This document shows positions 45,333-55,084 of a stretch of DNA of 64,000 bases, piece by piece. The translations under genes and the position numbers were made by a program. The notes beneath the pieces were generated by a model, which saw only the letters and a program-made list of their open reading frames with translations, was not told the DNA's origin and did not search any database. Each line of letters begins with the position of its first letter. Positions within the stretch are counted from its first letter, which is position 1. Source of the DNA: an uncultured Muribaculaceae bacterium (lineage in GTDB: Bacteria > Bacillota_I > Bacilli_A > RF39 > UBA660); assembly GCA_964407685.1 (NCBI GenBank), contig CAYOWI010000003.1:1681-65680 (forward strand), in the 5' to 3' direction.

Positions 45333-46400
45333 TCAACTATCTTTAATCATTTTTATAATAGTTATTCGTTTTATTTTAATATATATTAAAGTAACAACTA
45401 ATACAAGCATAAGTAAAATAGCAAAAAAATTTTTCATTATTATAATAAAGTCAAATAAATTTTTTATATCTAACAATGAAATAAATAATAAATTTATAAA
45501 CCCAATAGTAATAGTTGAAATTATCAAGGAAAACAACAGTATAAAAATAAAGTATGATAATATCAAAATTAAAATAAATATATTACTATATCCAAATGTT
45601 TTTAAGAGCGCTATACTATAGCTTTTTTCTGCAATGTTTGAGAATAATAAAAATAAAAACATTAACAATAAAGTTATATAACATAATAAGAAAAATCCTC
45701 TTAAAATATTATTAATATCCTTGTATGTTTGTACCTCATTTTGATATGAATCATCGATAAATTCTATTGAACAATCATTATCTTTTAATTTTTTTTCAAC
45801 TTTTTTATAACTAGACCTATTATTAATTAATACAATATATCTATTACTATTTTTAATTAATTTATTGATATTGTTATCGTTAGATATATATATGTAGTAA
45901 TTATCACTCCCGGTATTAGAATATACTCCAACAATGGTTAATTCTATACTTTGATTCTCTATAATAACTTTTATTTTTTTATTTATAACATCTTCTATAT
46001 TTTTATTATTTTTACTTAAAAATTTTTCCGAAACAATGGCTTCATTATATCCTAGATTATTAATTTTTCCTTTAACTAAATTTAATTTAATTAAGGGGTT
46101 TATAAATTTAAAACTACATTTATCAAATTTATTACATTTAGCATAAAATGAGCCTGTATTATAAGATACATCTTGAACATTCGGAAGGGATTTAATTAAT
46201 TTAGATTTATCCGTCCCATCATTACTAATAACATACATTGCTCTATTCTCAATTTTATTTATTATTTGTATATCTACTTTCCTTTCAGTTGAATTTATAA
46301 TTAATGCTATAATATTTATTACAAAAATCATGAAAGAGAATAATAAAATATAATATTTAGCTTTATCTGTTTTAATAGTTTTAAATAATAAATTAAACAT
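45333..46400 (-). CDS. ABC transporter permease, FtsX/MacB-like (355 aa)
   Basis: N-terminal TM, a ~200-aa extracytoplasmic domain and three C-terminal TMs (FtsX topology). Confidence 0.7.
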   Translation of the reverse strand: MFNLLFKTIKTDKAKYYILLFSFMIFVINIIALIINSTERKVDIQIINKIENRAMYVISNDGTDKSKLIKSLPNVQDVSYNTGSFYAKCNKFDKCSFKFINPLIKLNLVKGKINNLGYNEAIVSEKFLSKNNKNIEDVINKKIKVIIENQSIELTIVGVYSNTGSDNYYIYISNDNNINKLIKNSNRYIVLINNRSSYKKVEKKLKDNDCSIEFIDDSYQNEVQTYKDINNILRGFFLLCYITLLLMFLFLLFSNIAEKSYSIALLKTFGYSNIFILILILSYFIFILLFSLIISTITIGFINLLFISLLDIKNLFDFIIIMKNFFAILLMLVLVVTLIYIKIKRITIIKMIKDS

Positions 46401-46409
46401 AAAAATACA

Positions 46410-47603
46410 TTACCATTTTTTTATTTTATATCTAAGGAAGAAAGTCATTATAAGGCAAATAATAGATGATAAGAGTAAGTTTAAGTACATGGCTATATAA
46501 TTTATTTTAATTCTTAAATCATAAAACATTATTTTTTCAGAAATATATAACCTTTGAAAAATTATTATTATAATATTATAAAATAATATTGAACATAAAA
46601 AAGCAAATATAAATTCCAACATAAGTTCTACAATATATATTTTCGTTATTTGTGAATTTGAATAACCAGTTGCTTTCATAACTGAATAATCTTTTTTTCT
46701 TTTATTTATTTTTTTTATAGACATATAAGTTATTAATGCTATTGATAAAACTACAATGATTCCTGATACTATAAATATCAATGAAATAACATTATTGCCT
46801 AGTTCTTTATTTATATGTAAAGTAGGCATAATTATTTCAATCCCGTCTTTCTTCATTTCTTGCACTACTAAATTTTCATTATCTACATTATCTATTACCA
46901 TATACACAAAATTCTTATACGGATTTTTTTCTAAAAATATATCAGGTTGATATTTTTTATTTAGTTTTTTAACAACATCTAATTTTGTATAACATACATT
47001 CCCTTCTGTATGATTTGCTTTAGCATCGTATAAACCAACAATTTTAAACCGTTCCAAACTAGTAGAAGTAAGGAACGATAAATTTATATTTTTTCCTAAT
47101 TTATTAGTTATATCTATGCTTTTAGATGTCAGATAATCCTTTTGGTATTTTTCTACAAAAGGGTAAAATTGCTTTGCACAAATAATAGGATTTTCATTTA
47201 ATGATACGCTGTTCAAGTCATTACCATATATCAACTTTATAGGATCAGAAATAGTTCCTATAAGGTGTATACTGTTATTTTCATTAACAATACCAGTATC
47301 CATCACCCGCATTGATATCATATAGGATATTTCATCAAATGCATCAACTACGTGATTATAACTTTTAATTTTTTCTATTACACTATCTATATCATACTTT
47401 TTATTATTGAATCTAACTATATACGTTCTATAATCTACTAACTTTTTTACAGTATTATTCCAATAATTATTTAACGATTTTTTAAATGAAAAGCATAATA
47501 AGGTTAAAGCAAACATAAGACCAATAAGTAAAATACTTACTATATTTTTTTTATCTCTAATGAAATTTTTAAAACCAATAGTAGCTAAATATTTATTTTT
47601 CAT
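46410..47603 (-). CDS. ABC transporter permease, FtsX/MacB-like (397 aa)
   Basis: Same topology as the downstream permease; 4-nt overlap with the ATPase gene. Confidence 0.7.
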   Translation of the reverse strand: MKNKYLATIGFKNFIRDKKNIVSILLIGLMFALTLLCFSFKKSLNNYWNNTVKKLVDYRTYIVRFNNKKYDIDSVIEKIKSYNHVVDAFDEISYMISMRVMDTGIVNENNSIHLIGTISDPIKLIYGNDLNSVSLNENPIICAKQFYPFVEKYQKDYLTSKSIDITNKLGKNINLSFLTSTSLERFKIVGLYDAKANHTEGNVCYTKLDVVKKLNKKYQPDIFLEKNPYKNFVYMVIDNVDNENLVVQEMKKDGIEIIMPTLHINKELGNNVISLIFIVSGIIVVLSIALITYMSIKKINKRKKDYSVMKATGYSNSQITKIYIVELMLEFIFAFLCSILFYNIIIIIFQRLYISEKIMFYDLRIKINYIAMYLNLLLSSIICLIMTFFLRYKIKKW

Positions 47604-48274
47604 CTTTCTTCACCTCTCAATACTCCGCTTTCAATATATATAATTTTATCAGCATATTTAGTAATTGATTCACTATGACTTACTACAACTACACATTTAC
47701 CTATTTTAGATAACTTTTTCAATAAGTTAAATATTATTTGCTCATTTCTATTATCTAAATTCCCGGTTGGTTCGTCAGCGAGAATCATTTGTGGATTATT
47801 TACCAACGCACGAGCAATAGCAACACGTTGCTTTTCTCCTCCAGATAATTCTTTGGGAAAGTGATTTGCTCTATCACACAAATTAATCATATTTAATAAA
47901 TCTTTAACTATTTTTCTCTTTTCTATTATTAATAAATCATTATTTATTAATAAAGGTAACATAATATTTTCATATACCGTTAAATTTTCATTTAAATAAC
48001 ACTCTTGAAAAACAAAACCGATTTCACTTAGTCGTAATATGTTTTTTTCTTTTTCTGTAAGAGTAGAAGTATTATGACCATTAATACATAAAATACCAGA
48101 AGTGGGCTTATCTAAAAGCCCACTTATATTAAGCAATGTAGATTTCCCACTTCCTGAAGGTCCAATTATTGCGTAAAATTTACCGGTTTCAAATTTCATA
48201 CTTACATTATTTAATGCTAAAATTTCTTTTTTTGAATTTGTAAATTTTTTATATATACCATTTAATTCAATCAC
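47600..48274 (-). CDS. ABC transporter ATP-binding protein (MacB/LolD-type)
   Basis: Walker [13 protein letters not shown], signature [15 protein letters not shown], Walker [12 protein letters not shown]. Confidence 0.92.
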   Translation of the reverse strand: MIELNGIYKKFTNSKKEILALNNVSMKFETGKFYAIIGPSGSGKSTLLNISGLLDKPTSGILCINGHNTSTLTEKEKNILRLSEIGFVFQECYLNENLTVYENIMLPLLINNDLLIIEKRKIVKDLLNMINLCDRANHFPKELSGGEKQRVAIARALVNNPQMILADEPTGNLDNRNEQIIFNLLKKLSKIGKCVVVVSHSESITKYADKIIYIESGVLRGEER

Positions 48275-48288
48275 AATATTTCCTCCTT

Positions 48289-48738
48289 CTATGCTGCTGG
48301 ATACATATAGACTTCGCTAGATTTTACGCCATCATAATAGTTTCGTCCACCAGTAGAACTATTATAAATATCACTAAAGAAAGTATAAGATCTATAACCA
48401 GCTTCATATGTTCCCATTCGTACTTCTTTACAAGTACCGTAAGTATACACAGACGTATTATATTTGTAAGCACGTCCTGTAGCCACATCCCATAATCCTA
48501 GTTCCATAGTTGTAGAACCACTTTTTCGTACACTACCACTTGAAGTATTAAAACCATCTACAGCAACACTAATTTTATTTAATCCTTGGGCATAATTACG
48601 TGATGCGCCATTATGTATAGTACCATACGGCATATTAAGAGTTGATTTCCATCCAGCAGCACTAACACTACCAGTTAATGATAAAGATGTAATTATACCA
48701 AGTAATAATACAAATACCATGTTTCTTATTCTTTTCAT
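48289..48738 (-). CDS. Secreted beta-rich protein (149 aa), candidate bacteriocin-like or ABC-associated factor
   Basis: Sec signal MKRIRNMVFVLLLGIITSLSLTGSVSA/AG. The mature ~120 aa is rich in G, S, T and Y. It is the first gene of the ABC operon. Confidence 0.6.
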   Translation of the reverse strand: MKRIRNMVFVLLLGIITSLSLTGSVSAAGWKSTLNMPYGTIHNGASRNYAQGLNKISVAVDGFNTSSGSVRKSGSTTMELGLWDVATGRAYKYNTSVYTYGTCKEVRMGTYEAGYRSYTFFSDIYNSSTGGRNYYDGVKSSEVYMYPAA

Positions 48739-48807
48739 AATTTACCTCCTTTCTTAATATTTTTATTTAATATTTAGAAAGAACCAAATCCGAAATATAA
48801 CCATTAT

Positions 48808-48877
48808 AATTCATAATATTAAATTAATTGACAATGAAAAACTTAAATATTTTTTATTTTCTATTACTGTCCGGACA
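48808..48877 (-). promoter_or_regulatory. Conserved cargo-operon control module, copy B
   Basis: AATTCATAATATTAAATTAATTGACAAT (48808-48835; 27/28 identical to copy A), then 32 nt, then TGTCCGGACA (48868-48877). The box starts 69 nt upstream of ATG 48738. Confidence 0.6.
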
Positions 48878-48976
48878 AGTAATATTAAAATAAAAAGTAT
48901 TGATCATTAATAATCTAAATCAATAGAATTATAATAATCAATACCGTATATTTTCCGTTCTTTAATTGTCAATTTT

Positions 48977-49005
48977 ATAATAGCATTTTTATTTTTTATT
49001 GTCAA
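48977..49005 (-). promoter_or_regulatory. SigmaA-type promoter upstream of the secreted-protein/ABC operon
   Basis: Minus strand TTGACA(49005-49000)-17 nt-TATTAT(48982-48977). Confidence 0.45.
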
Positions 49006-49018
49006 TGTCAAAATTTAT

Positions 49019-49549
49019 TTAATTAATATAATTTAATTTTAATTTTTCTGTTTTGCAAATATCATTCCTGTAACAATATTTTATTTCAAATTTAAATGAA
49101 CTTTTAAAATCATCTTTCGTTGTTTCTAAAAATGAGTCTGATTCCCCATATTTATCTTTACTGTATTTACCAGTTTCTTCTATAGACAACTCTTTGATTT
49201 TATTTTCAAGACTCGATTCATTTAAGTCAATAAATTCGTTGGTAAACATTGATATATCATTAAAACTTAAATTAACAGAAAATTTTTCAATTTCGTTTTG
49301 TTTATCTATATTTTTTATAATTTTAAAGTTAGTAAGTAAAATATACCGTTGATCTTCATCTCCATAATATACTTTACCTGTTTCGAATCCGAAATGTTCA
49401 GATGTTCCTGTAAATTTATAAGTAACATTACTAGGGGTATCATAACCAAAATCATCTTTGAAATTTATAAAACATTTGGATTCATTACTACATCCTGAAA
49501 TAATTAATACACTAAAAATCACAACTATACTTAATAAAATTTTTTTCAT
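49019..49549 (-). CDS. Lipoprotein (176 aa)
   Basis: MKKILLSIVVIFSVLIISGC lipobox. SD GGAGA precedes ATG 49549; the track start at 49579 is upstream. Confidence 0.65.
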   Translation of the reverse strand: MKKILLSIVVIFSVLIISGCSNESKCFINFKDDFGYDTPSNVTYKFTGTSEHFGFETGKVYYGDEDQRYILLTNFKIIKNIDKQNEIEKFSVNLSFNDISMFTNEFIDLNESSLENKIKELSIEETGKYSKDKYGESDSFLETTKDDFKSSFKFEIKYCYRNDICKTEKLKLNYIN

Positions 49550-49751
49550 AATTTTTCTCCTCTGATAGAAATATATCATAACTACTTATTTTTTTCAACC
49601 TAGAAAAAGATTTCCAAATAAAAAGAGCACAAATATTTTCATCATTTTTACTATATATATTTTGAAAATACTTTTAATTAAATCAATATTCGACAAATTA
49701 ATACAAACAAATTTGTTATTATACAAAACTTGTAAGGGGGATTATTAAAAA

Positions 49752-49910
49752 ATGAAGCAATTAAACAGGAAAGAATTAGAAAAATTCACAAAAAAATACT
49801 TTAGGAAATATGGTAATGACATTAAAAAAGTTACATATTTTACCTATGGTAATAAAATAGAATACTTAATAAATGATCATTACATATATATAAAAATAAA
49901 AAAGATTTAG
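49752..49910 (+). CDS. Small hypothetical protein (52 aa)
   Basis: Hand-found. SD AAGGGGGA lies 9 nt before the ATG. MKQLNRKELEKFTKKYFRKYGNDIKKVTYFTYGNKIEYLINDHYIYIKIKKI*. Confidence 0.3.
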   Translation: MKQLNRKELEKFTKKYFRKYGNDIKKVTYFTYGNKIEYLINDHYIYIKIKKI

Positions 49911-49942
49911 ATATACCCTATAACGTTATATCCAAATCTTTT

Positions 49943-50107
49943 TCATTTTTGTTTTAAGCATTCTTCTATCATTGAAATTACAACATTATTAAAAGAAGTA
50001 TTATTGTCTTTTGCTATTTTTTCTAATTTATATAAAAGTTTCTTTTTTATATATAAGGATTTATAACTAGAAGGCTCCTTATTTTTTGTTGATTTAGGTA
50101 CAAACAT
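49943..50107 (-). CDS. Ribbon-helix-helix (CopG/Arc-like) small DNA-binding protein (54 aa)
   Basis: Hand-translated. MFVPKSTKNKEPSSYKSLYIKKKLLYKLEKIAKDNNTSFNNVVISMIEECLKQK*, with a beta-strand (SLYIKKKL) followed by two helices. It lies directly downstream of 50115..50324. Confidence 0.45.
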   Translation of the reverse strand: MFVPKSTKNKEPSSYKSLYIKKKLLYKLEKIAKDNNTSFNNVVISMIEECLKQK

Positions 50108-50114
50108 AATATAA

Positions 50115-50324
50115 TCACCTATCCATTTTCATTTTATCAAATTTACTGAAATTCATTTTATTTTTAGAATCATTACCCATAACTTTTGATAGTTCTAAGT
50201 AACCATTATATATAATATCCTCTAGTTTTTCTTCTACTTCTGGAGATACTTTTTCGGATTTTAAAATATCCTCAATATTTTTTATGAAAGTCATAATTAT
50301 CCTCTCAATACTGCTATATTTCAT
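50115..50324 (-). CDS. Hypothetical protein (69 aa)
   Basis: ORF forming a two-gene unit with the RHH gene. Confidence 0.4.
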   Translation of the reverse strand: MKYSSIERIIMTFIKNIEDILKSEKVSPEVEEKLEDIIYNGYLELSKVMGNDSKNKMNFSKFDKMKMDR

Positions 50325-50375
50325 TATTATTCCTTTTTACTCTTTCCATATTTATTATATAACTTCTACTCTTAA

Positions 50376-50570
50376 TTCAAATGTGAATTTTATCGCACTC
50401 AAAGAGGCTGGTCAAAAGAGAAATTAGCTGAAAAAGTTAATGACAGCAGAAATAATATCTCTGATATAGAGAATGCTAAATATCTGCCAACTTTAACTAA
50501 AGAAGAAGATATAGCCAATGCGCTAATATTGAAATTTATAAATTGTTTTTCCATAAAAAGCACGCAATAA
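50376..50570 (+). pseudogene. XRE-family HTH gene remnant lacking a start codon
   Basis: Open frame FKCEFYRTQRGWSKEKLAEKVNDSRNNISDIENAKYLPTLTKEEDIANAL...* with a complete HTH_3-like core. TAA lies immediately upstream and there is no ATG, GTG or TTG. Confidence 0.35.
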
Positions 50571-50673
50571 TTATGATTGTGTGTTTTTATTATACCTCAT
50601 GTATAGGGGTAATACAAGTATCTTATTTACAAGTATTATATTTAGTACAATTCTAATATAGGATGGTGATAAT

Positions 50674-50874
50674 TTGGTAAAATTAAGAATAGAAGAGCGC
50701 TTACAAGAATTAAATAAATCTAAATATTGGTTATGCCAAGAAATGAATATAACAAATAAAAATTTAAACAGAATAATTAATGGAGAAACAATATCAATTT
50801 CATTTAAATATATAGAACTTTTTTGTAAAATACTTAAGTGTTCTCCTGGAGATTTAATAATTATTACAAAGTAA
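50674..50874 (+). CDS. XRE/Cro-type HTH transcriptional regulator (66 aa)
   Basis: LQELNKSKYWLCQEMNITNKNLNRIINGE...ELFCKILKCSPGDL. TTG start with SD AGGATGGTGA. Confidence 0.7.
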   Translation: MVKLRIEERLQELNKSKYWLCQEMNITNKNLNRIINGETISISFKYIELFCKILKCSPGDLIIITK

Positions 50875-50888
50875 TTTTAAAAAGACTG

Positions 50889-50927
50889 TAAAATTAAATT
50901 AAAATACAGTCTTTTTATTATAATTCT
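50889..50927. terminator. Bidirectional terminator between the XRE gene and the CHAP hydrolase gene
   Basis: AAAAGACTGTA/TACAGTCTTTT stem flanked by A and T runs. Confidence 0.6.
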
Positions 50928-50943
50928 TTAAATTTTTTTGGGG

Positions 50944-52407
50944 TTAATACTTAGGAATACCATATCCATAAATATATTTGCTATTTATAGAATATTTTTT
51001 CTTCTTTACCGCATCACGTGAGTTACCTTCAACAGTGTATATATCTTTACCATCACTTTTTTCAACAATACCAACATGATCAGTATGGCCATCTTGTTCC
51101 CAATCAAAGAAGATTATATCACCCGATTTAGGAACATAGCCTTTTTCTCTCCATAAACCAAAGGTTTTAAACCATGGTACACCTTGCGGGTGACAGGTAG
51201 AAAACTTAGGTACTGCTATATTAAGATAACCAGCTTGATTATAAACCCAGCTAACAAATACTGCGCACCATTCTATCCTAGAGTTAAAACCATACCAACG
51301 CCAGTATGGTTCTCCACCAATGTTACCTACCTGCGATAATGCAATATCAACTACGTTTGAGTTACCAATGCTACCTCCGTATACTACGTTCGACCACATA
51401 TCTTCATACTTATCACTAAGTAATTCATTCATTTGCTTTTGCTGAACTTGATTAAGACTATACTCTGTGATCATATCATTAACAGTTTTACCATCAATAT
51501 TTATATATAGTATTTTTTTAATGTTACCAAACTCATCTTGTTCTTCCCCAATATTATATGTAACAATATTCATCTTCCAGAATACATCTTTAAGTATATT
51601 AGCTTTATTTTCATTTACAGTAATAACATCTGTTGCATTATCTCCATTTGCAACAATGACGGTATAAATAGATAAAATATATTTCCAATCTGTCCTATTT
51701 AAATTTAATACGTAATCATCATGAGGATTATCATTTTGAATAGTTGTTATCTTTTCAGCAAGTTCATTATCCAGATCGGATATAACACTACTCATTGTTT
51801 TATCACCTGTATTTTCACTACTCAGAAAAATACCAAAAACAGAGTTTAATAATAATGCGATTACACATATAACAATTATTATAACTACTACTATCCAACC
51901 AACAGCAATTAAAGCAGATATTATTGCTTTAGTTCCAATAACAATGGTCTTTATAGTTTTTATAGTTACTTTTATAACAGCTTTAGTTGTTTTAACTAAT
52001 CTCTTTAAATTATTAACAATTCTTTTAGGCGTTTTCACAGTTTCCTTAACAACCTTTTTACTAGCTTTTGTTGCACCTTTAACTGCAACTTTACTACTTT
52101 TCTTTATAGTTCTCTTTTTAGCAAGTTTTTCCTTCAATAATTTAACTTTATTTTTAAGTTTAATCATATTATTCTTAGTAGTTCGAACTGATTTATTACC
52201 TATCTTTTTAGAACGATTAACAAATCTTTTAGCAGCATAATTACTCGCATATTCAATTTTATTACTACCATATTCAGAAACAGAAGATTCATTATCTTTT
52301 TCTTTTATATCAAATAAATTTTCTTTATATTTCGATGAGGCGATATTTCTTTTATTTAACGTTTTAATAGATTTACCTTTAAAATCTCTAAGCTTTATTT
52401 TAGTCAT
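50944..52407 (-). CDS. Conjugation-associated cell-wall hydrolase (basic N-terminus, TM, C-terminal CHAP/NlpC-P60 domain)
   Basis: Catalytic Cys context EWCAVFVSWVYNQAG and His HTDHVGIV. TM IGTKAIISALIAVGWIVVVIIIVICVIALLL. Confidence 0.85.
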   Translation of the reverse strand: MTKIKLRDFKGKSIKTLNKRNIASSKYKENLFDIKEKDNESSVSEYGSNKIEYASNYAAKRFVNRSKKIGNKSVRTTKNNMIKLKNKVKLLKEKLAKKRTIKKSSKVAVKGATKASKKVVKETVKTPKRIVNNLKRLVKTTKAVIKVTIKTIKTIVIGTKAIISALIAVGWIVVVIIIVICVIALLLNSVFGIFLSSENTGDKTMSSVISDLDNELAEKITTIQNDNPHDDYVLNLNRTDWKYILSIYTVIVANGDNATDVITVNENKANILKDVFWKMNIVTYNIGEEQDEFGNIKKILYINIDGKTVNDMITEYSLNQVQQKQMNELLSDKYEDMWSNVVYGGSIGNSNVVDIALSQVGNIGGEPYWRWYGFNSRIEWCAVFVSWVYNQAGYLNIAVPKFSTCHPQGVPWFKTFGLWREKGYVPKSGDIIFFDWEQDGHTDHVGIVEKSDGKDIYTVEGNSRDAVKKKKYSINSKYIYGYGIPKY

Positions 52408-52409
52408 GC

Positions 52410-54728
52410 TTACCTTTCTGTTGGCTTAGTAGTCATTAATTTATATAGCTTAGTATCTTTAGGAAATTTATTAACAAACGGAACAAGTGAGCTACCATAT
52501 TTTATAAGGCCACAACCTGCATCTGAATTAGTTATATAAGATAATTGTTCATCTGATATGTTTAATAGTCTAGCTAACTCTTGTCTATCTGAAGAAGCTT
52601 GATTAAGCATTACTATAAATTCACTATTAGAAAGCATAGTTGATGCATCAACTGATGATAATAAATATTCAACATTTTGTGTAATAGCAGTTGGATAAGC
52701 ATTTCTCTTTCTAAATTGTCGCCATGCACTATTAAAGAATGCTGCTGAATACTCATTTTCAAACATAACGTGAATTTCATCTATAAAGATATGTGTTCTT
52801 TTACCTTTTTTATAATTTTCTGCAACACGGTTAATCATTGCATCGGTAATTACTAAAAGTCCCATAGTCTTCAATTGTTTACCTAACTTATAAATATCAT
52901 AAGATATAATTCTACTGCTTGTATTGACATTGGTTTCATGTGAAAAAACGTTTAAAGAGCCACTTGTAAATAGTTCAAGTGACAAAGCTAACTCACTAGC
53001 TTCTTTTTCAGGTTGTTCTAATAACTTTTTTCTTAAGTCAATAAGTGTAGGCATTACGTTGGTTTTATAGTAATCATCATAAACTAAAGCGGTACACCTA
53101 TCAATAATTGATTTTTGTTTAGGTCCTAAGCCTTTTTTATCCAATTGTTCAAATAGGGATAAAATAAACTCCGATTTGTCACTAACCGGATTAACTCCAT
53201 CACCATATCCTTCCAACATATCCATAGCATTTATGTGATCCCTACTACTTGCTGATATTTCTACTACTTCCCCACCCATGGCGGTAACAAGTGCAGAATA
53301 TTCCCCTTCGGGATCGCATACTAAAATATCATCATTGGTAGATAATGAAAGGAAGGTAATAAGTTCCTTAGCACTAAATGACTTTCCTGATCCAGGTACA
53401 CCAAGTAAAAATGAAGATTGATTTAAAAGATTTTCTTTATTAACCATAATTAAATTATGTGATATAGCATTTTCACCATAATATATTCCGCCTTTATCAA
53501 TTATTTCCTGTACTCTAAAAGGATTTAGTGTCGCTAAACTTTCAGTAGTTAATGTTCTTAACGTTTCAATTTTTCTAACGCCAATCGGTAAAACGGTATT
53601 AAGTCCATCCATTTGTTGATACTTTAATGGTACTATCTGGCAAAGATGCTTTCTAGCGGTAATCAATACCGTTTCAGTATCTGCATCTAATTGTTCCTTA
53701 CTATCAGCGGTAATAACTAAGGTAAGATTAGCAAACATCATACGTTGATCACGGGTTGTTAAATCATCTAAAAATTCTTTACTTTCTTTTCTTTGTTGCT
53801 CCATGTCATAAGGTATAACTGCACTAAAGTTATTATTAGCATTTTGCTTGCGTTGCCAATTAGTTATATTAGTTTCAACACCAAGCAATCTATTTTCAAC
53901 TTCCTTAACCGCTTCATCAGTAGGTATTGGAATAATATCTATACTAAGCATCATATTTTGATTCATATCTGTTAGTTCCGAAATCATACTATCTTTAATA
54001 TATGAAGCATATTCCTTTAAAAATAAGACTCTTCCATACTTATTACCCATTTCAAAATAATCTTTTTCAAAAGAAAATCCATCAGGGCATATATAGTCTT
54101 TAAAATTATGTCCTTTACGTATTAGGGTTTTTAAATCTAAATTATAGTTTGATTCTTCGCCTATTCTATAAAAATCATGTAATATTCTCAAATGTTCTAC
54201 TGCATCTAACGAAACACACTTAGATCCTAACTTAGCTAAATGAGATACTATATCACTTGATATTCTTCTAAAATAACTCTTTGCTTCTTCATGATTCTTT
54301 TTAAATACTGATATAGTAAGGTAAATTTCTCTAACCATTCCATTACTATTAACTGCTTTATCAAGTAACATCTGATTATACTCTTGTCTATAAATATCTA
54401 ATCCATCTTGTTTGAATTTTAATAAAATATCCTCTTCAAAATTCTTCTTATTAATTCTTCTAAGTGCAATGGTTATCTTTGTAGTTGCCACACTATCAAA
54501 AGAATTAAGTAATTCCGAATAATCTAAAAACATAACTTCTTTATCTTCTTTAGAAGCAACAGCATAATTAATATCGGTAAACTTATATGTTAAAGAGTAT
54601 TTATTTTTACCCACCAAAAATATACCATCTTGCCATATCTTTTTTATAGGGATCAACTGCTGAACACTTTTAGGAATTGTAAAATTATCTTTTTCCATTC
54701 TTTTAATATTCTTTATTGTTTTTATCAT
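52410..54728 (-). CDS. virB4: VirB4-like conjugative transfer ATPase (CD1110/TcpF-PrgJ type)
   Basis: 772 aa with Walker A LGVPGSGKSFSAKE and Walker B region HIFIDEIH. Confidence 0.9.
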   Translation of the reverse strand: MIKTIKNIKRMEKDNFTIPKSVQQLIPIKKIWQDGIFLVGKNKYSLTYKFTDINYAVASKEDKEVMFLDYSELLNSFDSVATTKITIALRRINKKNFEEDILLKFKQDGLDIYRQEYNQMLLDKAVNSNGMVREIYLTISVFKKNHEEAKSYFRRISSDIVSHLAKLGSKCVSLDAVEHLRILHDFYRIGEESNYNLDLKTLIRKGHNFKDYICPDGFSFEKDYFEMGNKYGRVLFLKEYASYIKDSMISELTDMNQNMMLSIDIIPIPTDEAVKEVENRLLGVETNITNWQRKQNANNNFSAVIPYDMEQQRKESKEFLDDLTTRDQRMMFANLTLVITADSKEQLDADTETVLITARKHLCQIVPLKYQQMDGLNTVLPIGVRKIETLRTLTTESLATLNPFRVQEIIDKGGIYYGENAISHNLIMVNKENLLNQSSFLLGVPGSGKSFSAKELITFLSLSTNDDILVCDPEGEYSALVTAMGGEVVEISASSRDHINAMDMLEGYGDGVNPVSDKSEFILSLFEQLDKKGLGPKQKSIIDRCTALVYDDYYKTNVMPTLIDLRKKLLEQPEKEASELALSLELFTSGSLNVFSHETNVNTSSRIISYDIYKLGKQLKTMGLLVITDAMINRVAENYKKGKRTHIFIDEIHVMFENEYSAAFFNSAWRQFRKRNAYPTAITQNVEYLLSSVDASTMLSNSEFIVMLNQASSDRQELARLLNISDEQLSYITNSDAGCGLIKYGSSLVPFVNKFPKDTKLYKLMTTKPTER

Positions 54729-55083
54729 TTTCTATAACCTCCTTTTCTCTAGTTTTTAAATACGGTGTTAAAATTTGATAATAAATATTTTCAGAAACAA
54801 ATTTTAAATGCTTAGGTACTAACACTTCTGATTTAACCCATGCCAATATAAACTTTTCAATAGTCATTCCGTTATATTTTATAAAACCAAGAGCTGCGAA
54901 AGGAGCAGCACCTAAAATACATATCCAAGATGTAACTTCCATACCTAGTTTTTGCTTAAATAAAAAATATAATATTACTGCTACTATACAAGCTAATACA
55001 GAAAAAATGAACTGTCTTAAAGACAGTCCAAAAAATATGCTTTCTGTATAGTTTCTAATTTCTTTATTTATTTTTACTTCCAT
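54703..55083 (-). CDS. PrgI/VirB3-like small T4SS membrane protein
   Basis: 126 aa with two TMs (FIFSVLACIVAVILYFLF; ICILGAAPFAALGFI). It overlaps the virB4 start. Confidence 0.65.
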   Translation of the reverse strand: MEVKINKEIRNYTESIFFGLSLRQFIFSVLACIVAVILYFLFKQKLGMEVTSWICILGAAPFAALGFIKYNGMTIEKFILAWVKSEVLVPKHLKFVSENIYYQILTPYLKTREKEVIENDKNNKEY

Positions 55084-55084
55084 A

